Of a DNA stretch of 64,000 nt, positions 50,771-61,959 are shown in pieces; within the stretch, counting starts at the first letter, position 1; every line of letters starts with the position of its first letter. The translations under genes and the position numbers were made by a program. The stretch lies in the NCBI GenBank assembly GCA_001643675.2, contig LSRY02000018.1, positions 124,001-188,000 of the forward strand, in the 5' to 3' direction. The notes under the pieces were generated by a model. That model was not told the DNA's origin. It saw nothing but the letters and a program-made list of their open reading frames with translations, and ran no database searches. The DNA comes from Monocercomonoides exilis PA203. Its lineage: Eukaryota > Protista > Preaxostyla.

Positions 50771-52199
50771 GACATTAACATCCTTCCCTTTCATCACATT
50801 TTGACACGCCCTCCGAATATTCGTCTTCCAACACGCGCGCTATCTGCTAAATCCAATTCGAGTCAGTCACTGGATGTCTTGTTCTTGTTCGCTTCACCAC
50901 AGATATTTCGTTTTTGTTGAGTTTCTCAACGCTTCACACAAATAAAAGACGGATCGCCTTCAATTCCTCCTTATCATCCATGTACTATTCTGTCTTTAAC
51001 CTTGATAAATTATTTTTTGATGTATCTCTCCAACTTCTTTTCAATCACTAACCGGAACGTCCACATCAATTCCGCGTAGCTATATGCTTGCCAGGGAGCA
51101 CTTAACTTTTCCAAGCCTGCTTTTTGTGAACACACATCCTCCTGATTCTTTCTCTTCCGCATCATCCTCTCCGTTTTTAATGCCACCTCGTCCTCGCTCG
51201 TGTCTCAATAATGTCCAGCAATCAACCTTCTTGTTCGTCTTCTGATTCCATCTTTCAACTCAATCAGCAAGATAGCTTCTTTAGCAAGTTCCTCTCTCTT
51301 TGACAACCATTTTGCTGAACCAGTTCGTCATCAACACGCTTTTTCATGTCATAAAAAAAACCCAATGGAACAAACAAACTTTGCTGCTGATCCAAAAAAG
51401 CTTTCCTCATTTATGCATTCGCAGCGGTGTTTTGTAATTGTCCCTTGACAACACCTGAAGCCTGCTCAGCAAACAGAGGAAATCCACAGTATTCACAAGG
51501 CTCTATCAGCAACCGATCAGAAAGGAACAAATAAGAAACTATCCATGAGACCCTAAATTCAAATGAATGCATTTGAAAATGGGATTTTTCTGTTATCCTT
51601 TTCCTGAGTCACACAACTGTCACAGTCTTTTCAGTTAAATGAAGCGTGTTCCTCCAACAACTGTTTGTTCACCAATAACAAGGCCACGACACACAATTAT
51701 TGCTATCGAAGCGGAAACAACACACAGTCATATGCGTGAATGTTCAACCTTTTTTCACTCTGACGATGAACAGGAATTCCAACTTTTTTCTTCATATGGC
51801 TCCTCATTTACCGATATGCTTTTCACTGCGTGGATGATCAGTGCCTTTCCTATCTCTTCGTTGTTGATCTCTTTATAAATCAGGAAAAATCCACAGACAG
51901 AATGATTCAAATAAATAACAATTGCACCTTTCTCAGTTGTAGTATTACGTCCTGGCTCTTCTTCGTCTTCTGTTCCAGCTTCTCCCATTTTCCAGTTAAC
52001 TTCTTTCTTTTTTATCTCTTCAATTTTTTTCAATCCGATTTCCATTCATCATTCATTGTGAAAACAACTCTTTTCGTCTCTTTCTCTCAATACTCATCAT
52101 TAACTTATAAATCTTTTTCGCATTATTATCTGTTTCATTTCTTCAGAAATGACCATCATCTTCATTTCAATTATTATTTCTTGTGCACATGCGAAAAAT

Positions 52200-54762
52200 A
52201 AAGAAATTCAATCAGTTCAAGTGAATAATGATGACGATGAAGGTGTGTGTGATATGTTTTCACTGCACAAGAAGAAGAAGACGACGAAGAAGAAGCTTTC
52301 AAATTGAACAATGAAAAACAAATTCGCACTTAAACTTGGAGTTTTCTTCGAATGTTTTAGTTCTTTTGAAATACAACTCTCTTTTTCATCTTCTTCTTTT
52401 GTTGTTCTTTTGAATAAGTTAAGTTGTCTGAAATATCATCTTCTCCTTTTTCAACAGATAAAAAAGGAATTTTATTGGGAAGCACATCTGCACAGCTTCC
52501 AAAATAAACTGCCTGCCGATCAAAAGATAGATCATCTCAAATTAACAGCATCTTCATTACACAACAAAAAAATGCGATTCTGTATTCTCCCTCATCCACA
52601 CATTTCTCTGCTTCGCTCCACTTTTGAAGTTCGATTCGTTTCTTTCAATCTTCATCTTTTTCAGATACGAGGCAAATGCCTTTCGCTTCTTCTCAGCCTG
52701 CTCCAGTTCCTTCTTCCGTTCGTCTTCGAACCTTTCCCGCTCTTTCTCTGAGTTCTCTTGCTCTTCTTCCAGCAGCTCCTCTCTCTCCTTCTCTGTCTCT
52801 TTCTTCTGCATCTTCTCCATCTTCTGCCGCATCGCTTTCTCCAATTCAACTCGTTCGATGCGGCTTGGAATAGCCGACAATTTTGGCTCAGGAAAGCACA
52901 TTGACGAAGAAGGAACGGGATGCAATATTTAATTGGTGAAAGTTAGGGTATAGGTGGAAGATGGAGATATAGATAACTTTGAAAAAGGAAGTGAAAGTGA
53001 TGGTGATGAAGAAGGAAAAGCATTATCAATGTGATTGTCATCAGATGGAATTTGTGAGGATAGAGAAGAAGATAAGATGATGATAAGGAAGAGAAGGAAG
53101 GAGAAGAAGAGAAGGATGCTGATCAAGTTGATTGGAGCGTTGACTGAAGAGTCTGATTCGGTCCAATTGACGTTGTGTCAACAGCATTTTGCTAATAAAA
53201 GGTGAGCTTTTCATTCTTTCTACTTCTCTTTCTCTTTCTTCTCTCAGTTTCCTTTCTTTTATTCACCTCAATCTTTCGTCAAATTTCATTCTCGCCTTCG
53301 TTCATTGCTCCTTTCACCACATCCTGTCTTTTTCTTCCTCCTTAAACCACTTGTCATTTCAAAGCGCAATGTGACATATAGATATCAGAATCAGTATTCT
53401 TTCTGGTGTCAGCAACGAATTTGGCGAAAGAAAAACTGTATTCTTTTTCTCCTCTTTCCTCCTCTTCATCCCTTCCAATGAAGCATGAATGATGTTTCGT
53501 GGATCCTTTGCGTGTTTGTTGGAACTTTGTGGAGAAATCAATGAAGAAATCTGAGGGGAAGATGAAGACGATTCCTGTGATTGAGAATTAGATGGGCTTA
53601 ATGCTTTGTTTGCAATTGTGTTCTTTGATCCGAAGGAATAATCTTCGTCTTCTTGGAACAGAACCATGTCATCCTTGCTGCATTTCGTCCTTTTCGCTGT
53701 CATTTTGTCTTTTCCTTTGGATCACTGAAAAACGTTTTGTTGCTCTGGAAAAAGAAGAAGATGATGATGAAATCACTGAATACGTGTAACGAGCATGCCT
53801 GCCTTTCAACGAAGCTGACTTCTATGCTTCAGAATTGCTGCAATTCAGCTAGCTCAGCTCGCTTTTCCATCTCTCTTCTTCCTCTTTTTCTTCGACACAA
53901 AATTGCTCATTTCCTCTTTCATTTTTCCTCATTGCATTCTCCCCTACTGCTTCTGCTTCCTGCTTTTAAACAATTGAGCATTTAAATTCTTCATCTGAAA
54001 CGACATTTCCTGACAATTGTTATTCTTGGAAGTATTAAATAACAAAAGATGTTCTGCTTCCATCTTATGTCTCCAAATGGATCATTCTATCATCTTTTTT
54101 CTTTGAAGTTCCATCTTTCTCTGTCTATAAATATTTCTCATGTTCAATTCTTTTTCCTTTTTCTCTTTCTCTTTCATCACCTTATGAGCTTAATAATGTG
54201 CCTCCCTCCCCTTTTCCAGCTTCTTTTCCACATTCACCCTAATCTTCCCTCTCCTCTTCCTTTTCCTGCTCTGCGCTGCTTCAATCGATTTCATCTTTAT
54301 CTTCATTTGTTTCTCAGTTAAAAGCGGGATGATGCTTGAATTCTGGCTGAACCAAGATGTCTCCACACGCTTCTGCCCATTCCTTTTCACGCTTTTCCAC
54401 AACTTCACCCAATAGAATGCCATGTTTTACTTCTGGAATTGTTTATGCTTTCGTCCACCATCTTTAAACTTGTGCTCTTTGAATTGAGACTTCTGCTTTT
54501 TTTTTCATTCTTTATTTATTCTCACCAATGAATATTATTTTCTTCTTGTCTGCCCTTCTTCACTCCACTCTTCTCCTTTATTCTCTTGCGCTTTCTGCCT
54601 CTGCTCCTTATAGAACTCTTTCCACACTTTCTCTCTCCACTTCCTCGAAAAAATCATCTTGCTCATCTTCATTTCCCTCAATTTAGCTTTCATCTCTTCA
54701 AGATTCCTGTTTAGCTTTATCCTTATTTCCCGTGTATTCTTCCACTTTCTGCTCTTCTTCAT
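52200..54762 (-). other. Fragmented charged/coiled-coil hypothetical gene
   Basis: Short E/K-rich minus-strand ORFs (52557..52925, 53359..53703, 54535..54762) separated by stops. Confidence 0.3.
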
Positions 54763-54956
54763 TTATTTTTGTTCTGTGTGTGGAGCTTATCCAGTACTTA
54801 ATACAGTTCTTTTCTTGATTTTTCTATCTTTCACACAATGCTTTTGTTCCGTGACATTTCATTTTTCCGATTCACTTCCTAATGAAAAAAGCAATTATAT
54901 ATATTGATAATAATTTCATATCACATTTTAACAACAATACAATAATTGATTTTTGA

Positions 54957-55534
54957 GTATTTTACAAATTGATAATAAAAACAAACTTTGTTAAAAATGA
55001 ACAACAGTTATCAAAGTCACATTGAATAGTCTTTCTGTTTGTTTCATCAAAAATTGTCTATGTTCCAAACAAAATAACCAGTTTCTAAACAAATAGGTCA
55101 AAAATCTTGTATTAATGAAAAATAACAACGATTTGTTCCAAACCTTTTATACAGCTTTGACATTATATGTCAAACGTTCTCGCATATTAAATATATAGAA
55201 TAACTGTAGAATAATGAGAAAAATCTTCGAAGACAGTGCATGGGAAACAATTCATTTCGCACAACACTTCATCCCAAATAAAAAATATGTTGAAAAACAA
55301 ATTATTACCAACTTTTTCCACTAACAGATTTTCAAAAAAAGCATCAGACATGTTTATTATTGTTATTTATCCACATTGAGCAAAATAGATCATGGTATTC
55401 TTAATGGCACCATTAATAATAATTTGTATTTTTTATGATCAAAAATTTCAAAAATTTTGAAAAATTTTTTATTTTTGTTTCAATTAATTTGTGAATATTA
55501 TTGCTTTATAAATGCAAACATGTCATCAGAAATT
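54957..55534 (+). repeat. Left 578-bp TIR
   Basis: Reverse complement of 60781-61358 with about 3 mismatches seen. Confidence 0.95.
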
Positions 55535-55734
55535 AGCTTTGAATTTTTTATTGTCAAATTTGTTTTCAAATATTAATTCAAAATTTTTATTTATTTTTTG
55601 AGCTTAAAAGTCTTTTTTTGTTATTATTTATCGAAATTTTTTTATTGAAAATTCAGTAATAATAATAAAAGTGGAGTTGTCATTTTTTTTATTTATTGGA
55701 AAAAATTCCATAATAAATTGTAATAATCACAAAA

Positions 55735-56272
55735 ATGTCATTTTCAAAACAGGAGTCAACTCTTAATTCACGATGCAACGTTCTGTGGAAAGAAATTCAA
55801 CGCATCGGTGGAGATGACGTTGATTCATTGCTCGTCTATTTGTTTTACAACTACAGAAAATCATCTTCAGTAATTAATGATTTACTGAAGTCCTTGAATG
55901 GTTTGGACTTCAAAATTTTTTGATTGTTTATAACTTTTATTTATTAATAATTATATTTATTTAATAATTTTACTTATTTTTTTGTTATTTAAAAAACTAA
56001 GAATATTACGAAATTCTTCTGAAAGATCTCTCAGTTGTGTACAAGAACGCACAATTACACACGCAAACGATGATCCTTCAAGCACTGACGCGCAACGCAT
56101 CATTATCTGAGCTTCTCGACTATGGATTTGACATCACTGAAGGAAAATATAATTATGCAAAACAAACTCTTACTAAAAACCAAGGATTTTTAATACCAGC
56201 ACAATTGCCTCACCCGCCATCATGCAAAAGTGGTTTGCATTTCATTTTATTAAAATTTCAATTTTTAGTGTT

Positions 56273-56314
<42 letters not shown>

Positions 56315-56876
56315 GTCTTGATGAACAAGATTGGGAAAAGGGCAACAATTGGATGTTGGCCCATTCCACAGAAGCATCAACGTCATTGCAATCAGCCAAA
56401 AAAAAACCAAAAAAGGTTCCTGATTACGAGCAGTACATAGAGGAATCTGCATGGGATGATATCATAATTACAGAAAAAAATAATACAAACAAAAAACAAT
56501 CTTTGTCATCGAAAAAAACAAATCAAAGAAGCGACGATGCCAATTTCATTCCATCTGTTACACCTTCTTCTTTAAATAAGACTCCTTCTCAAACAATAAA
56601 TAATCCAATCAGCACTCCACTTCGTTCTGAAAGAAAGACAACAAGAATTAAACAAAAAAATTCATTTCATCATCGTCATTCTTCTCCATCACCGATTCCA
56701 ATTCATAAACTTTGCAAAGAAAAAACAACCACATCATCATCATCATCATCACCATCCTCATCCTCATCATCAACACCACCACCTCCACAATCATTACCAT
56801 CATCATCACCATCCTCATCCTCATCATCATCTTCATCATCCTCATCATCTTCATCATCCTCATCATTATCATCATC

Positions 56877-56907
<31 letters not shown>

Positions 56908-59796
56908 CCATCCTCATCCTCATCATCAACACCACCACCTCCACAATCATTACCATCATCATCATTTTCATCCTCATCTTCATCTACACCATTATTATCA
57001 TCGTCATCTTCATCCTTTTCTTCTTCTTCCTCATCTTCCTCATCTTCATTCCTTTCCTCATCCTCAATAACTTCTCGGACTACAGCTTCATCCTCAATCA
57101 GAAAGAAAAAGAAAAAAACAATGAATACTTCTCCAGTTGACAAAGTTTCATCATCTTTTTGCAATGAAAATATGTGGGTTAGTGGTAAACTTATGGAATA
57201 TGTTTCTTCACCCACTCTTATTCCTCCTCATGCGTTCCAAAATCTTTTCTCATCTTTCACAAAAAAGAACAACACCTCAACACAACTGTTAAATTCACAA
57301 TTAATTTCTAGTGATAATTCAACAAACATTGATTCATTTATTTCTTCTTCATCCCAGTCAACAGTTAATGTTTTGAAAACCACACCTAATCCTCCATCAA
57401 TAACAGCAAAAGGGTTGGCAAATCTTGGAAACACATGTTATCTTGCCTCTCTTCTTCAGTGTTTTTCTTCAATCACTTCACAAAAACCATCAATCATTTT
57501 TAAACAACAATCAAAAAAAACATTATCATTTCAAATGATGAGTATTTGCAATCAAATCCTCAAAGATGGAAAAAAAGTTCATTCATGGATCCCATCAATT
57601 GTGAGCAAATGGGAAAAATTTTGCAGATACGGAAGCAAGCAGCAGCAGAATGTATCAGAAGCATTCGATAATCTTCACAGACTTTTCGAAAAAGATGGAT
57701 TGATAAAGAAAGATTGCTTTTGTCCTATTTTGATTTCTCATTTCAAATGTTTTAAATGTCAAAAACTCACATCACACATCGACAACATCAACAATAGCAT
57801 AATCATCAATTCTTCATCAACTCACAATGGTTTGTCTTCTTTGTTTTCAACTGAAATACTAGATGGGAAAAATTGTGTATATTGTGAAGAGTGCAAAGAA
57901 AAATGCTGCACTGCAAGGTGGGAAGAAATGATTTCATTTCCAGAGGTACTTGCCCTCTCCCATGAATGTACTGATCCTGCAAGTTCTCCACCTTCTCGAA
58001 CACTTCTTATCGAGACTGATATGTCGAACAAACGTTCATTTTGCAAAGGATATGCAAATGAAAAAGATTCAACATTTCACAACAACAATAAAGAAACAAC
58101 ATTCTATCATTTCATTGGTCAAGTTCTACACAAACAGTTTGATAACAGTAATGGTCATTACATTGCTGTTGTGGAAAGAAAGAAAGGAATTAGAAAGATG
58201 TGGATCACCTGTAACGATGATGATATTAAACAATTTGATAGTGACAATTGGACTAAGACTTGGAAAGAACTTTACGCACAGGGTTACACTCCTTCACTTT
58301 CATTCTACGTAAAAGAAAACTCACTATCTACGCATCCAACTATTCAATTTGGTGGTTCATCTATTTCTTCCTCCTCTTCTCAATCTTTTAATAACAACAA
58401 TACAAACACAGATACAACTCCATCAACATCGTTTATCACACCACCACATCAAACTTCTTCCATTCCACATCTTTCTTCATCAATCACAACTGACTATGGA
58501 TTGGAAGCGCTGAAAGAAAAAAGAAAGAAAACGGGCATCTTTTCTCCCAATGAAAAGAGATTAATCTTCAAGCCCAAGACGAAATTATGGAAAGAGTTTT
58601 CCGAAGAAACAAATATCAAAGTTTCTTTGTCTCACTTTTACAAACTCACAACCAACTTCTCCAAAGCAAAAAGGCGCACAGACCTCTGCGGTATGTGTGA
58701 GAAGTTGAACTATCTTGAGAACAAGTTAAAGTCATCTCAAAACAAAAATGGACTTTCTTCTACCGAGTTTCATACACTCAAACTTCTTCGACAACATCGT
58801 CTTGTTGCAGAAATGCAACGCAAACATTATCAATCAACTGTTGATAATCTGAAAGAGGGAGAAGCAGTCTTCGTCTTCGACTTTAAAGAAAAATGGAAAC
58901 TCCCCATCAGAAAAAATCAACTTCAACAAGAATTCTTTAATTATCAACAGGTTTCTCAATTCACAATCATCTCTCTTCAAAATATTGATAATCAACAAAT
59001 AAAACGAACATTCAACTTCTTCTCCGACTGCCTCTCAAATGATCACAGATTTGTTATTGAGTGTCTGGAATCTGTGATCAAAAGACACTTCTTCTCAGAC
59101 ACTCACACTTTTAAGTTCTTCTGCGATTCAGGTCCACACAACCGAAATCGCTTCCTTCTTCACTTCATCCTCTCAAAACAATCCAAACTTCTTAAAAAGA
59201 AAAACACACAACTCAACTTCTTCGCTGAGCACCACGGAAAGAATATATGTGATAGTGAATTTGGTGCATTAGTTAATTCTATCGACAACAATCTTTCCAC
59301 TGAACACATCACTACACTTCATGACTTAATCAACTTCTTCGAAAACAATATGAATGTTTCAACATCTGTTTCATCATCTTCACAATTGAATATTTTTGAA
59401 TCATCCTCATCAAACAACTCCCCATCGTCATCATCTATCAAGGAGTGTGTGCACGAGAGGTACTTTGAAGAGTATGTACCATCTCAGCAAATTTCATGGC
59501 CATCACTGTCAGTCCCTCACATGAAGGACTATTTGTACTTTGAGCGCAAGGGCTCATTTGTCTGCGCATCTGCTGTTGGATATCTTCCTCAACGCTCTCT
59601 GGTTGCCCTCGAATCTTCAACAATGAAAGAAAAAGTTCAACGTTCAAGAAAGTCATTTCACTCTGATATCACATCATCTAACTCTTCTCTTCTTTCTCAA
59701 TCTTCTCAAGATCTTCTTTCAAGAAGATTTGATCTTCTTCTTGACTCTTCATCTTTAAATGAATCTCAAAATTGTATTAATGGTGTCCCTTTTTAA
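55735..59796 (+). CDS. 1292-aa Sola2-like DDD transposase with an embedded USP/peptidase C19 domain; exons 55735-55900, 56002-56232, 56315-59796
   Basis: Two phase-1 GT-AG introns give an open frame of 1293 codons. USP motifs: GLANLGNTCY (Cys 57436), QQNVSE, CFKC/CEEC, GHY (His 58156), WITCNDD. Transposase motifs: TDLCGMC, FDFKE (D 58879), SDCLSND, CDSGPHNRN (D 59125), FAEHHGKNICD (D 59251). Confidence 0.88.
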
Positions 59797-59800
59797 GAAA

Positions 59801-59946
59801 CTAGTTGTTGTGTATGCATAGCTTGCACTCTATCGGAAGGGTGCTGGACATGACTGTTCGTATTAGATATTGCAGCCTTCGGGCTGCTTTATCCGGACCT
59901 GGATACGACGAACAGCCTCCCAGGTACACAATAGTTAGAATCCGAT
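59801..59946 (+). ncRNA. Predicted structured RNA element (multibranched, pseudoknotted) immediately 3' of the transposase stop
   Basis: 15-bp closing helix 59801-15/59924-38; hairpin 59825-31/59838-44 whose loop AUCGGA is complementary to UCCGAU at 59941-46; 8-bp helix 59854-61/59908-15; GCAGCC-UUCG-GGCUGC at 59872-87; hairpin 59890-95/59900-05. Folded by hand only. Confidence 0.6.
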
Positions 59947-60780
59947 TGTTTTCTTACTGTTTCTGTCCCTATAATGTCCCTATTTTCGCTTGGTAATTGT
60001 CCCGAGATTTATATATGTATATCTTAATAGAGATTCATTTTTTGATGTGTGTTGTGAAGTGTTTCAATGATTTTTAGATTAGATTTTAGGAAAGGAGAAT
60101 AGCTGAGAGTGTGAAGTGATGTTTCATCACTGTGTCTGCCTTTTTTCTCTGTTGAATTTGATCTTTTTGAGTTAGGACAAGAGTTATATCAGAAAGGGTG
60201 GAGTAGGCGGAAAACAAAGGATAAACAGTCAAGTTTGTTTTTACACCTAAAGTATTTGTATTCTTTTGTGTTTAGAATTGACTATGATACCATGTATTTG
60301 TTGATATTGTAATGCTTTTTATTGAATCTTTTATTGTTCATATGAATTGATATTGAATTGACTGTCGGGAAATGTTTTAATGATGATATAGTAAAAATAT
60401 ATTACTTTGAGAGTAATGCAACAAAAAAAGAAACTTATATGTTGCTTTCAATATTTCAGATGATTAATACATTGAAGTGAAAATGTTATTTGTGTGTTAT
60501 TTTGTTTTATGATTGTTATCGAATTAACAATGAATTTATTTTTATGTTTTTCTCATCACTGAATATTCATCAACCGTTGTAGTTACTCAACAATGAGGAT
60601 ATTGATAACAAAACAGTTATATATTGAATAGAACAATAATTATAAACATGTTCATTCAAAAACAAAACATTTTTAAGTGTTTAATATTTCAAAGATATTT
60701 TTCTCATTTGAAATGAAAATTCAATGTAAAATAAAAAAACTTATTTTCACCTTTATTCAATCAATAAAAAAATCAAAATC

Positions 60781-61358
60781 AATTTCTGATGACATGTTTG
60801 CATTTATAAAGCAATAATATTCACAAATTAATTGAAAAAAAAATTAAAAATTTTTCAAAATTTTTGAAATTTTTGATCATAAAAAATACAAATTATTATT
60901 AATGGTGCCATTAAGAATACCATGATCTATTTTGCTCAATGTGGATAAATAACAATAATAAACATGTCTGATGCTTTTTTTGAAAATCTGTTAGTGGAAA
61001 AAGTTGGTAATAATTTGTTTTTCAACATATTTTTTATTTGGGATGAAGTGTTGTGCGAAATGAATTGTTTCCCATGCACTGTCTTCGAAGATTTTTCTCA
61101 TTATTCTACAGTTATTCTATATATTTAATATGCGAGAACGTTTGACATATAATGTCAAAGCTGTATAAAAGGTTTGGAACAAATCGTTGTTATTTTTCAT
61201 TAATACAAGATTTTTGACCTATTTGTTTAGAAACTGGTTATTTTGTTTGGAACATAGACAATTTTTGATGAAACAAACAGAAAGACTATTCAATGTGACT
61301 TTGATAACTGTTGTTCATTTTTAACAAAGTTTGTTTTTATTATCAATTTGCAAAATAC
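60781..61358 (-). repeat. Right 578-bp TIR
   Basis: Reverse complement of 54957-55534. Confidence 0.95.
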
Positions 61359-61959
61359 ATAATAAAAAATGCATGCTTTTTATTTTGAATAAAATTTTGA
61401 ACAATCAACTTTGAACTTGCTCTTATTCTCACTAACCAACATTTTTTAGAGGGATTTGCTTGTTGATTGAAACGACCATTTTGTTTGTGTCTTCATTGGT
61501 GATCTGCAGCGAATCGCCTGTCGAACAACATAAACTTTAATCAGTGAGAAGACTTATGTTTTTTGTTCATGTGAACCCATTCAATAAAATAACCAATAAT
61601 CTCTACGTAAAATGTTATGAAAGAGAAATTTTTTATTTTATGCGGTTTGTTGTTTTTTTATTTTGTAGATAATTTTGCTTTTATCTCATTTCTTGTTAAT
61701 CAAATTAATTTTTTTTAATATTTTATTTCAATAAATACAAACAATTAATTTCGAAACATTTGTAAATTCCGTGTCATATAGTTTTTTCAATCAATTTTAA
61801 TTGCAAAGAATGTGCAATGTATCTTTTCAATGTGCTCTTTCCAGCATTTCTGTTGCCGTTGGAAATAGAGCAGATAAAAAAGATTGAACTGGGAATCATA
61901 TACACCACCTTTTCTGCTGCCACTGTTATCTCTGTGATACAGCTGACTGTTCATCTCCT

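Larger units (their letters stand above)
54957..61358 (+). mobile_element. 6.4-kb long-TIR DNA transposon (Sola2-like) encoding a USP-transposase fusion
   Basis: 578-bp inverted repeats flank a single spliced gene with Sola2-type DDD motifs. No TSD could be identified. Confidence 0.88.

Noticed and set aside
55735-59796. Fanzor/TnpB nuclease as the partner of the structured RNA
   Set aside because: No RuvC-I/II/III plus C-terminal Zn-finger arrangement is visible; the motifs fit a Sola2-like DDD transposase instead.
59797-59996. ORF 59805..59996, a Cys-rich 18-codon readthrough extension, or identity with U1/U2 snRNA, hammerhead or tRNA
   Set aside because: The ORF is short with a non-ATG start and overlaps the predicted RNA fold. 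UUGCAC and AUUGCAG matches are too short and lack other snRNA hallmarks, and there is no CUGANGA/GAAA core or cloverleaf.
54945-61370. 4-bp TSD and GAG...CTC termini expected for Sola elements
   Set aside because: The left flank reads GAG at 54955 but the right end reads CAT, and no direct repeat is found at any tested boundary. The exact termini remain unresolved.
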